This document shows positions 12,722 to 24,319 of a DNA stretch of 64,000 nucleotides, in pieces; position 1 is the stretch's first letter; each line of letters begins with the position of its first letter. The translations under genes were made by a program, and so were the position numbers. Below the pieces are notes generated by a model. It worked only from the letters and a program-made list of their open reading frames with translations. It ran no database searches and was not told where the DNA came from. The DNA is from Octopus bimaculoides (lineage: Eukaryota). The stretch lies in contig NC_068981.1 of assembly GCF_001194135.2 (NCBI RefSeq), forward strand, positions 104,633,100 through 104,697,099, in the 5' to 3' direction.

Positions 12722-12845
12722 TAGGTGCAAGAGTGGTTGTGTGGTAAGAACCTTGCTTCCCAACCACATGGTCCCGGATTCAGTCCCAACCAAAGCCTTG
12801 TGAGTGGATTTGGTAGACGGAAACTGAAAGAAGCCCGTTGTGTAT

Positions 12846-12877
<32 letters not shown>

Positions 12878-13975
12878 NNNNNNNNNNNNNNNNNNNNNNN
12901 NNNNNNNNNNNNNNNNNNNNNNNNNNNNNNNNNNNNNNNNNNNNNNNNNNNNNNNNNNNNNNNNNNNNNNNNNNNNNNNNNNNNNNNNNNNNNNNNNNNN
13001 NNNNNNNNNNNNNNNNNNNNNNNNNNNNNNNNNNNNNNNNNNNNNNNNNNNNNNNNNNNNNNNNNNNNNNNNNNNNNNNNNNNNNNNNNNNNNNNNNNNN
13101 NNNNNNNNNNNNNNNNNNNNNNNNNNNNNNNNNNNNNNNNNNNNNNNNNNNNNNNNNNNNNNNNNNNNNNNNNNNNNNNNNNNNNNNNNNNNNNNNNNNN
13201 NNNNNNNNNNNNNNNNNNNNNNNNNNNNNNNNNNNNNNNNNNNNNNNNNNNNNNNNNNNNNNNNNNNNNNNNNNNNNNNNNNNNNNNNNNNNNNNNNNNN
13301 NNNNNNNNNNNNNNNNNNNNNNNNNNNNNNNNNNNNNNNNNNNNNNNNNNNNNNNNNNNNNNNNNNNNNNNNNNNNNNNNNNNNNNNNNNNNNNNNNNNN
13401 NNNNNNNNNNNNNNNNNNNNNNNNNNNNNNNNNNNNNNNNNNNNNNNNNNNNNNNNNNNNNNNNNNNNNNNNNNNNNNNNNNNNNNNNNNNNNNNNNNNN
13501 NNNNNNNNNNNNNNNNNNNNNNNNNNNNNNNNNNNNNNNNNNNNNNNNNNNNNNNNNNNNNNNNNNNNNNNNNNNNNNNNNNNNNNNNNNNNNNNNNNNN
13601 NNNNNNNNNNNNNNNNNNNNNNNNNNNNNNNNNNNNNNNNNNNNNNNNNNNNNNNNNNNNNNNNNNNNNNNNNNNNNATTCAGTCCCAACCAAAGCCTTG
13701 TGAGTGGATTTGGTAGACGGAAACTGAAAGAAGTCCGTCGTATATATGTATATATGTATGTGTGTGTATATGTTTGCATGTCTGTGTTTGTCCCCCCAAC
13801 ATCGCTTGACAACCGATGCTGGTGTGTTTACGTCCCCGTAACTTAGCGGTTCGGCAAAAGAGACCGATAGAATAAGTACTAGACTTCCAAAGAATAAGTC
13901 CTGGGTCGATTTGTTCGACTAAAGGTGGTGCTCCAGCATGGCCACAGTCAAATGACTGAAACAAGTAAAAGAGTG
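12722..13975 (+). mobile_element. tRNA-derived SINE, family B (gtggtaagaagcttgcttcccaaccac...ggaaactgaaagaagccc...(TA/TG)n...cttagcggttcggcaaaag), spanning the 800-N gap
   Basis: Other copies at about 32582-33065 and 43087-43495 (+) and 44300-44635 (-). Partial copies at 13990-14205, 14960-15065, 19560-19720, 20240-20440 and 36955-37120. Confidence 0.85.
12878..13677. other. Assembly gap of 800 N (9-N gaps also at 9613-9621 and 63754-63762)
   Basis: N runs, seen directly. Confidence 0.99.
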
Positions 13976-15474
13976 TGTGTGTGTGTGTGTGTCTTTGTGT
14001 CTGTTTGTCCTCCCACCTCTGCTGAACAACTGGTGTTGGTGTGTTTATATCCTTGTAACATAGAAGTTCATCAAAAGTGACTGATAGAATAAGTACCAGG
14101 CTTAGCAAAAAATTAAGTAGTGGGCTTGATTCATTTGACTAAAAATTGTTCAAGGTAGTGCCCCTGCATGGATACAGTCTAATGACTCAAACAAGTAAAA
14201 GAGAAAAAAAGACCGTTACATATTAATTATCCCAGAACACGTGTTTGAAAAGTTGAAAATCAAAAGTGCTTACACACAAAATACACATTTGACATAATAT
14301 ACATACTGTACATGAACTTCTTTTACAAAGGTTAATAACATTCTGTTAAATAATAGAAGTTCTTTTTAAATAGGTAAGAGCTTTAAAAAATCATTTTCTA
14401 ATTATTTGCAATATAAAGTTGTGAGGTCCCTTTTAAACTTTTAGCCTTTAAACTGGCCATATCCAGCCAAAATATTCTATGTTTTATGTTCAAACTGGCC
14501 AGATCTGGCCTCTTGTACCTACTTTACAGTGTCATTCTAAAAACAATGGTATGCATGGACAACTGCTGGTCTTCCATAAACAACCTTGCTCAGACTTGTG
14601 CTTTAAAGGGTAACTTTCTAGGTATAATCCTATCGTCATTCATGACTGAAGGGAGTCTTTACCCTTTTCATTTGATAGAGTAATCTGAATACTAAAGAGT
14701 TAATTCTCTCTAATGTCATGAAAAAATAAATTCCTGACACTCTGTAGAGTGGCTGATGAGAGAAGGAAAATAGTTACCAAACCAAACAATGCACGCAAGC
14801 ACCAGCCTTTAGGATAAGTAGTGCCAAATAAGAAATGACACAGACAACATGTCTAACCTATGCAAGTATGGAAAGCCAACATGGTAAAATAATGATGATG
14901 GTGAAAGGCTGGTGCATGGTTAAGAAGTTTCATTTTGCAATGATGTAGTTTCAGATTCAGTTTCACTGTGTTGCACTTTGGCCAAATGTCTCCTGTTATA
15001 ACCTCTGGCCAACAAATACCTTGCCAGTGAATCTGGTAGTTGGAAATTGTTGTAAGCCCATCATATTTGTGTGTGTGTGTGTGTGTGTGTGTTTGAATGA
15101 TGACTGGTTGCCCTGCACTTTTTGTAGACACATGGAATAAAAATGTCCCTTGCTTTCAAAACAAGGGCTGGTGAAAGGAGGAGCATCCAACTATGCATAA
15201 ACTGTAATAATTTTACTGGATCTTTTTCATATTCTGCTCTCCTTCGTGGCTGGAGTTATCTTTAGGAAGATCATGACTTTCCTTGAATATTTTCCTAAGC
15301 CAATATATAAAAGGAAATGTTACTCTTTTTGTCTGCTGTCTACAATTAAAAATGTAAAAAGGCTACTATTGGAGTTTATTCTGTCTACATTTTGTTGTTC
15401 CATGTTTGTTTATCATATTTGTTATTGCTTTTTTTCTGTTAGTGTGTCTCATTTGATGCCTCTGTTTTAACTAG

Positions 15475-15620
15475 GTATTGTAAAAGAGTCTGAGAAAAGT
15501 GGCAAATCTTATGCTGTTTACGCTATAACAGTTAAGAAAATTCAGTCAGATACAGACATGTGGGATGTTTATCGCAGATACAGTGATTTCCATGACTTAC
15601 ATATGATCATTACGGAGAAG
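15475..15620 (+). CDS. SNX13: SNX13 exon (PX domain N-half): (G)IVKESEKSGKSYAVYAITVKKIQSDTDMWDVYRRYSDFHDLHMIITEK
   Basis: Boundaries ctag| and AAG|gttagt. Contains the PX signature YRRYSDFHDLH, matching vertebrate SNX13 YRRYSDFHDFH. Confidence 0.96.
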
Positions 15621-15667
15621 GTTAGTCTTGTTTTAATTTTTCTTAAAGTACATTGTTTTATCCAAGG

Positions 15668-15903
15668 CAGTGGTTTTCAACACCTTATACTTATGGACCC
15701 CTCTGATTTCTATTTTACTCTACTAGACCTCCATAGCTGTTCAGTGTATATTTTAAAAGGTCCTACTATATTTTTTACAATTAAATATTGTTAGGAATTG
15801 TATAAAACATCAAAATATTTTGTGTATTATAGAAGTATAAGCAATTTGTTGTAGATAAATTTTAACAACAAAATCTTATATGGACCCCGGTTGAGAACCA
15901 CTG
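15668..15903. mobile_element. hAT-type MITE
   Basis: TIRs CAGTGGTTTTCAAC / GTTGAGAACCACTG. Degenerate 8-bp TSD atccaagg / atctaatg. Confidence 0.8.
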
Positions 15904-16699
15904 ATCTAATGTTTAAAGAATTAGCTAGCTTGAAGCATATTGCAGAATGGAGAAGTAAAATGCTTCCTTCTCACCTTTAGTCTTTCTGCTTTACTTCAGC
16001 TAGTCGACAAGAAAGACTATGTACCTTATCCTTCCAACAACCACCATGCTGAAAATCCCATAATGTAGTTGTAGAATTTAATCTACGTTCAAACTTTCAT
16101 GCTTATGTATCATACTGCAAGACAGTACCAGTGAACTAAGAGCTAATGTACATAGACCTTATTCAACTGCTGAACCAAAATTAGAATATTTAAGTTGCAC
16201 AGTTAGCTGTGTAATTTAGAAGATGAACTATCAACTGAATGGGTTTCTAGCCTTTATTTGTCAGTCCAGTAGTTAACAGTGTGAACAATAAACTTCCACC
16301 AGTGCAATAGGCAGGTTTGCAGAGAAATTGTAATAGATATTCTAACATAAAAAGAAGAAAGCCATGAACAAAAATGTTCTTGGATGATGGTCATAAATAT
16401 ATATCATTATCCTCACCATCAAATGGTCTGTACTTGAAAGAGTAAAAAATAGACCCAGAAATGAAACAGAGAGCTCAAGTGAACTCATTTAGTTCCATAG
16501 AATTGTTATAACCCGTTCGTGAACTTCATGGGACTGACACCTTATTGCATATTTTTAGTATTTAACAAATGAGATCTGTTTCTTCCTGCATAGATGGTTT
16601 ATTATTATTATTCATATTCAGTGTAACTATCTTTCATTGTAGCCATCACCTATCAACACTATCCTTCTTCATTTTAACCATTTCTCATCAGCATATCTA

Positions 16700-17035
16700 C
16701 ACACCATCAATATAACTACACACCTTCAATATAACCACACACCATCAATATAACCACACACCATCAATATAACCACACACTATCAATATAACCACACACC
16801 ATCAATATAACCACACAGCATCAATATAACCATACAACATCAATATAACCTCACAACATCAATATAACCACAGGACATCAGCATAACCATGCAACATCAA
16901 TTTAACCACCTATCAATATAATTATCCATCAACATAACCATGCACCAACATTACCACACGTTTTCAGCATAACTATTACCCCACTGATATGATCACACTT
17001 CACTGACATAATCATGCATCATCAATATAACCACT
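16700..17035. repeat. 19-bp minisatellite (caccatcaatataaccaca)n, decaying rightward
   Basis: The tandem units can be read directly. Confidence 0.9.
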
Positions 17036-17652
17036 CCCCACCAGCTAAACTACACCCCACCATTTTTTTATTGAGTAAGTATCAGGGACAACTCCAAAAC
17101 ACATTTCCTTTCCATAGAAGACTTCTGCAAATGTACAGCATTACTATAATTTCAGTATGTGCTGGCATCGCTGCCTGATAAAGTGGTTCTAGATTTGAGC
17201 CTACTGTCTGACACCGTTGGCGAGTCTTCTAGTATAATGTTGAGTTAAACAATACTTTGAGTGGAATTTTGTTGACAGAAACTGTGCAGAAGCTCATTGT
17301 ATATGTATGTAAAGAAGATAATTTATCCACTTGATAAAAATAGAGATCAAGAAAATAAGTACTAGACTGAACTGAAGTTCTGGGGTTGATATGGCATTAT
17401 TAAAAAAAGATATAACCCTGAAAGCTGGTGTGTAATCATGGTCACAGACCAGTGACAGTTTTGCTTCTTTTTTTTTTGTTACTGTCTTTTTATAATGATG
17501 ACTGGAAAATAAATCAGGCTTTCACAAGTGGTCAGATCTACCATATTCAGGTCTACTTATTGTCACTGATTGTCCAATTGCCAAAATAAACATATACATT
17601 TTACTACTACTGCTGCTGCTGCTACATTCTATCATTATTTATTATTTTATAG

Positions 17653-17757
17653 TATATACAAATACCAGGATTAATGCTCCCAGGTAAAACTGCTTTTAAG
17701 AATATCAACAAAGAATTTCTTGAAAAACGGCGGAGAGGTCTCAATGCTTATTTGCAG
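17653..17757 (+). CDS. SNX13: SNX13 exon (PX domain): YIQIPGLMLPGKTAFKNINKEFLEKRRRGLNAYLQ
   Basis: Boundaries tttatag| and CAG|gtaagt, 105 nt, phase 0/0. The LPGK...FLEKR...LNAYLQ motif matches SNX13. Confidence 0.96.
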
Positions 17758-17974
17758 GTAAGTTAATTATGTTGCTTATTTGTTTTGTAATAGAATTTAG
17801 TTGTGACAATATATATGTCTTTGATGTTAAAATTAAAAGTGTAATTTTATACTCTTAAGATCAAGTTCAAAATTCATACTCTTGAGATCAAGTTTAAAAT
17901 TCACATCAACAAAAACATTCCAGTCTATGAAAACTATGCTGTAAGTAATGGCTGGATACAAAAAACAATTTCAA

Positions 17975-18185
17975 CCCTTTAGCATTCGGATTACTCTGTT
18001 AAATGTAAAGCTTATTTATCTACATTGTTTTGAATTAATCATACATCATCTTGTAGTTTCAAGATTTCAATGATGTGATTATGTATTTTTAGAATGACAT
18101 TGTTGGGTAGGTGTGAGAGGCCAGTTTGAATATAAAATAGGTAGAATATGTGGGCTAAATATAGCTGGTTTTTAATGCTAAAGGA
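17975..18185. mobile_element. piggyBac-type MITE
   Basis: TIRs ccctttagcatt / aatgctaaagga with tcaa / ttaa flanks. Related copies at about 14440-14510, 33930-34055 and 40183-40351; the last ends aatgctaaaggg|ttaa. Confidence 0.65.
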
Positions 18186-18526
18186 TTAAAAATACAGATG
18201 ATGATCTTATTCTGTTTAAACTAAGCTGGAACATACATGCAAAAATATTATAGTGATTACTTCATTTGAAGTATTGAAGGTGTAACTGCAAGGCCAGAAA
18301 AAAAGCATTCTAAGACATGCTAATCTGGAAGTATAGATCATATATGATGTTTTATATAAATCTATGATAAAGGGACACACAATACTACTGTTGGAAGCCA
18401 ATGAAAAAGAAATAGAATAATGTTGAATTGTGGGGCTCAGAATTAAATTGCAAGTCCAAAAGAACAATATGATGCTATATCAATTTTTTTTTAGCGTGTC
18501 TAATTTTGCTATGCTTTGTTTTGTAG

Positions 18527-18637
18527 TTCGTCATGAATGCAGAGCTGTGGCAATCATACCCAGGTTTAGAAGATCTGGTAAATCAGTTTTTGGCACCTGG
18601 TCTTTGGGAGAAGCACAAAAGTGAGCTGGCTCGTAAG
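18527..18637 (+). CDS. SNX13: SNX13 exon (end of PX domain): FVMNAELWQSYPGLEDLVNQFLAPGLWEKHKSELARK
   Basis: Boundaries ttttgtag| and AAG|gttaga, 111 nt, phase 0/0. Ends in ARK as SNX13 (…FARK|MD) does. Confidence 0.93.
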
Positions 18638-21600
18638 GTTAGATATTTTTCATTTGATCCACCCTAATTGGCAAGTGAATATTAAAATGTTTTCAGTTAG
18701 CATTCAACATATAAAAAACACAGTTATGTAATATTTGTTATTAACCTTTCATTCTAGGTCCTATTTTGTTGCATAGAATAATAGAATTTGTTAGTTGCTT
18801 ATGTAAACATAACTATAGTTTCTTATTTATCCTAATGACAGTTTTTTTAAAACTTAGACATAACATTACTAATAATAAATATGCATAAAGGAGTCCAACT
18901 CCTGCCAGCATGGACAACGGATGTTAAATGATGATGCACCCATGCATACACACATGATTTAATGTCATGTATACTAGTGTATGCATATATATATAGTCAC
19001 GTTGCCATGTGAAGTAGTGTGTATATCACCACTTTTTATGTCCACTTTCCATGTTCAGCAGGCCTCAATGGATTAGAGGACCATGCTCCAGTTCTCAGTT
19101 TTGGTTTGGTCTCTACTGCTGAATGCTCTTCTTAAGACAAACCACTTCTGGGTTATGATGTGCATTTTTACATTGCACCAGCACTGCAGAGGTTGTCTTT
19201 CCCTTGGCATAACTAAAGACTTCTCTCAACCTTTGCTTGATTAGTTAACAACTTTACAGGTTTTATTTAGCGACTGCTTTAATCATGCCAGTAATGCAAG
19301 TGACATCGCCTTGTTACTCACAAAATAAAAGTGCTGCCATGATTGAAAGAAGGATAGGAAAGAGAGTGATGGCTTTAAGTGAGGTGTTGAGAAAAGTAGT
19401 TATAGTATGATGGGGAGAAATGGAATTATTTATATTGTTGTGAGTTTGTAGGGTGGAAATGAGCAGTAGAGGAGACAATGTTGGGAATGGAAATGATGGA
19501 GGAGACCTAAGAAAGGGGAAGAGTACATGTATGTGTATATATAGTATTTATTTATAAGTGCAGTATGGCTGAATAATTAAGACATTCACTTCACAACCAT
19601 AAGGTCCCAGGTTTCATCCCAGTGTATGGCATCTTGGGAAAATGTCATTTGCTATCACCTCAGGTCAATCCTTACCTTGTGAGTGAAAACTGGGTAGACA
19701 GAGACTGTATAGAAGCCAATCAAATGGATTGTAGCTGTAATGGAAAAGGTACAGCCTCATTGCATGTACTGTATCACACTGTTCTTTCTGAGTGTTACAT
19801 TATTATGCCTGTGGAATATTCAACCACTTAAATATTAATTTTGGAGCACCACCATCACCACCACTACCACACATGTATATATATATATATATATATATAC
19901 GCACACACATATATAAACTGGAAATAGGGATTCAATGAATGAAACTGTACTCATGGTAAGCTCTCCACAATGTGTTCAGCTGTCAAGAGAACCAAATATT
20001 ACTGGTGAAATGTTCTGAAGCACAGTTTTATTCATTATATTACAATACAATTCTGTGTGTACATCTATATGCATACTTTAGCATCCATGATATAACTGGA
20101 TACAGATTATGAAACAACTGTAAACACATGGAATAAATATTTTGATCTCTCTTGTCTCCCAAATTTGATTAATTATTTTATATATGCTTGTGTATGTGTG
20201 TGCATATTTATATATAAAATTCTAAAACATTTTTACTGGTTCCAACTGTGGGTATGTTGAGGCACAGCCTTCAAGGGTTTAGTTGATCATATTAACCCCA
20301 GTACTTATTTCAGTATGCAATGAGCTTCTCTACATTTTCTGTTTACTAATTCAGCTTGCAGACATTGGTAGGTCCAAGGCACTTGTACAAAGTACCATGT
20401 AGTAAGACTGAAAGCCAACTAGTTACAAAGTGGGCTCTGTATTCACATATGTAGATGTGTGTACACACATATTTATTTATAGTTTTATAAGATAAGCTCC
20501 TCTAATATATCTAGTCTAAACCAAGACGACTGACTTGTTTCCTCTGGGTATCACCTAACATTTGAGATTCTTTTGGTAATAGATTTAAAAAAAAAATTTG
20601 GTTGGTACAAAAATAATATTGGTATCTGTTAACTCTTTGTTACAGTGTAACTTACCTATTTTAAGATTTTGTAGTTGTTTTTTACCTTGTAGTTATTTTG
20701 TTTTGTTTGTTTGATTGTAAAGGACACCAGTAACTCACCATTTCAAAAATAAAAATTATATAAATGCTGTAAATAATTGTTTTCAAAAACTGCATGTGTA
20801 TGAAAAGGATTTGAATTCTAAAAACTTTTGGTTTCAATCACGATTGGAAATGCTCATGATTTCTTTTTTTTTGCTCATTGGTCACAATTAAGATGATAGT
20901 TTCTCTAAGTAAAAAAAAAGGTAGAAATAGCAGTAGAAATGTAGGGTCAATAAGTTTCACCATAAAGGAGTTCGAAAAGTGGTAAGAACTTTTGAGAGAA
21001 ATCTTCTCCATTAAATGATATTTTGAATAAAGTTGCATTTTGAAACTTGTTTGAAAAATCATTTGTCAAATTAGGATTTTTTTTCCTGTCGTTATTCTGT
21101 TCAGACATTATCCATTGCAACCCATATTGTAGATGTTGATTTGTAAATGTTAATGGTTGAGAAGTTTTAGACTTAATTTCAAAAGTATTCCAGCCATGAC
21201 CATCCCATATTTTTCCTAGTCATTGTGTACCCTGGACTACATTATTCAATATGTTCTTTTTTATTTTAAAACAATAGGGTGTGATTTGATTAATATTCAA
21301 CTGCTATCTCTAGCAGATTGAGCGATACCATAGGGGCACCTTTATTGATGAGGTTGTTATGCAGCTGTTTACAGAGTTGTAATATACTCTTGAAAATCGC
21401 TAATCAATAAAAATGACTATCTAAATGCATAAGAAAATGTCCTTTATCATTTTTCTTTAATACACATAAAAAACTTTCCTTACCATTTATATGAATGAAT
21501 ATGTATGATTTGTATTAATTCAATTGCTGAAAACTTTAAACAAAATAAAACTTCCTTCATTAAAAAGTAAGCAATAACACTTCAGCCAAAATGAAACCTA

Positions 21601-21749
21601 TATTGGTATCATATAGTTTTCGTTGCAGACTAACATAAATCAGAAAAGTATTATGCTTGTCTAAGTCATGCTATTAGTTTTTCAGTTGTTTATAATAATA
21701 ATAATAATATATTTATTTACATTTGATATTTGATATCTTATTACTTATA

Positions 21750-23039
21750 TCAGGTCATTAAGAATGAAATGTCCAACTTTGAACTGAAAGTTTATTTGTC
21801 TTAACAAAAAGCAATGCAGTTAGTCAAAGTATGCACCTAAAAACACAATATTTATGCTGGCAGCGAAAAATTCTGGAGCGCAAGAGGTGATGAAATCATA
21901 AAAGGCGGTTTTTGTATCTTCAGATTTGAAGGTTTTTTCCTTGCAAAAAGTTGTCTAATGCCTGGAAAACGTGATAGTCAGTTGGGTGCAAAGTCTGGTG
22001 AATATAGTGGATGACAGTATTTCCAAGTTCAGTTCCTATAACTTGAGTTGTGTTCTTTGTACGACGTGTGGTCAAGCATTGTCTTGCAAGAGAATTGGCC
22101 TGTCTCTATTGACCAATCTCAGTTGTTTAATTGCAAATTCACTCATCATTTGGTTGTGGTATGCATCATTTGGTTGTGGTATGCATCCACTGTAATTGAC
22201 TTACCAGGCCTCATGAAATTGTAGTGGATGACACCAGTGCTGGATCACCAAACAGACACCATTAGCTTTTTTGGTGAATATTTTTTTTGGATTGTGTTTT
22301 GGCACTTTGTCTCTATCCAACCACTATGCAGCTCACTTGCTATTGTTGGAAAGAATCCATTTTCCATCACATAACAATACAGTGCAAAAATGGTTCACTT
22401 TTAAGCTGTGACAGCAAAGAACAAGTTTCAAGATGACGTGTCATTTGATGCTCATTCAATTCATGTGATACCCACTTGTCCAGCTTCTTTACCTTGCCGA
22501 TTTGTTTCAGATGGTCCAATACAGTTGGAATCAAAACATCAAACCTTGCTGCTAACTCACGCATAGTTTGAGATGTATCTGTTTCCACTACAGTTTCCAG
22601 TTCATTATTATCCACCTTGGTCTCAAGTCTACTGTGGAGCTGATTTTTCAAGAGTAAAGTCACCAGAATGGAACTTCTCAAACCATTGAAGAAGATTCTT
22701 AGTCTTACATATATTTCAGCTACATATATCCTGCATTATTATTACAGTGGACTCATTCGCCACAAACACCTCATTGATGTTTTGAGCCGTCTGGGATGCA
22801 TTGGTTCCACGACAGAACTCATATTCATAAACAACATGAATTTTTGATCTATCTATAAGTTCACAAAATTTGATTTACAAGAGAAAACTTGCAATATAAT
22901 CAGACACCGTGAATTGCATTTTGAAAAGTGATGTAACTCTTCAATGTTGTTAAACAAAGATTTCTCAGGATAAAACAGAGTTAACGATTATCAAACTTGG
23001 TGCATAAGAAAATCAGACATTTCATTCTTTATGACCTAA
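21750..23039 (-). mobile_element. Full-length (1290 bp) decayed mariner element, antisense within an SNX13 intron
   Basis: About 28-bp TIRs (tcaggtcattaagaatgaaatgtc / gacatttcattctttatgacctaa) with TA TSDs. Transposase remnant ...KVDNNELETVVETDTSQTMRELAARF...GKVKKLDKWVSHELNEHQ (WVPHEL motif). Confidence 0.92.
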
Positions 23040-24059
23040 TATTTACATTTTAAATGTTATGATGTAACTGTATGGATTGATATTAATACACAGTGAATTT
23101 GAAATTATTTAAATATCTTTTTTTGTATGTAACCTGTTTATTTTAAATGAACCTCAGTTATTAGTATGTGATACTTTCAGTTTGTACTTTTTGCACATGT
23201 GATTTAACACTTTTTTGCCTTTTTTTATCATTTACATATGATATGTTTCTTTTATTTTTATCTCGATATATTCATAATGCATTCCATTTTGTTGTTTGTT
23301 GTAACAGTTAAATGCCTGCTGTCTTTAATTACATAGAAGAGGCACTGAGCTTTCAATGTTTTGGGCAAGAGATTTATTATTTCTTCCTCAGCAACTCAGT
23401 TTCTTTTTTTTTAATGCTTGTGCATTTGCTTTTTTTTTTTATGAAAAAAATGTTTCATTATAAACTTTGATTTAATTCCTTTACAATCAGCACAGTTTCA
23501 CACTTCTACTTAAGTCAAGGCCACCAAGCAGTCATAGTATATAAATGGATCCATGCTGCAGTTTTTACTCTTTTTTGGGATGGTTGAGTTTTTAAGTGTT
23601 ATCGTATTTAACCTCATTGAAATTTACCATAGTATTTGGGTCACAGGATAGTTTTATTAAGTTAAACATGCTGAATTACTACCTTCATAAGAGCAAGATA
23701 ATTATTATTTCTAACACAAGCTAAACTAAACTATTAACTTTCATCATAAACTTATTTCTTTAATACTTGATACTGGTTGTGGGTACTATAATTTATAATG
23801 CAGAAACTGTATTTCTTTCTTGGAATATCTCTTCCTATAAACATTAAACCTGTGTGAATTGCACTTCACTTAAAACTAACTCTGTTTTTTTTCATCATTT
23901 GCATCTGCTAATCCTACCAAATAACATAATAGAGAAAATATATTGGTATTGCAATGATGTAGTAGAATTCTCTATCATTGAACTAACAATGGTGTCCTTT
24001 CTCCTACAAAAACATACTAGCCAGCTAACAACAGCCAATTAGCCCCTAGAAGTTGCTGT

Positions 24060-24117
<58 letters not shown>

Positions 24118-24208
24118 GCTGCTGCTGCTACTGCCACTAACTTTTTTTTTTTCTCTATGAACACCAACCCGATTTTTTGTTTTGTTTCATGCACTACTTT
24201 CCTTACAG

Positions 24209-24319
24209 ATGGAAATTCTTGTGACTCCTCTTCGTAGTTCTGTGCGGACTGTTGGAACTGCTGTCAAACATATGCCAGACGTGGCAGAAGGTGTGGGCAA
24301 GTTGTTTAATGTCAAAGGG
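24209..24319 (+). CDS. SNX13: SNX13 exon: MEILVTPLRSSVRTVGTAVKHMPDVAEGVGKLFNVKG
   Basis: Boundaries ccttacag| and GGG|gtaaga, 111 nt. Similar to vertebrate MDTFVNPLRNSMRNVSNAVKSLPD. Confidence 0.94.

Noticed and set aside
12577-13846. Long ORFs of 280-411 aa in the ORF track
   Set aside because: They are artefacts of the 800-N gap.
16700-17035. CRISPR-like periodic array
   Set aside because: The units are directly tandem with no unique spacers, and the DNA is eukaryotic. It is a minisatellite.
19560-20440. Inverted family-B SINE pair in an SNX13 intron as a dsRNA/editing substrate
   Set aside because: Both copies are too diverged by eye to argue for stable pairing.
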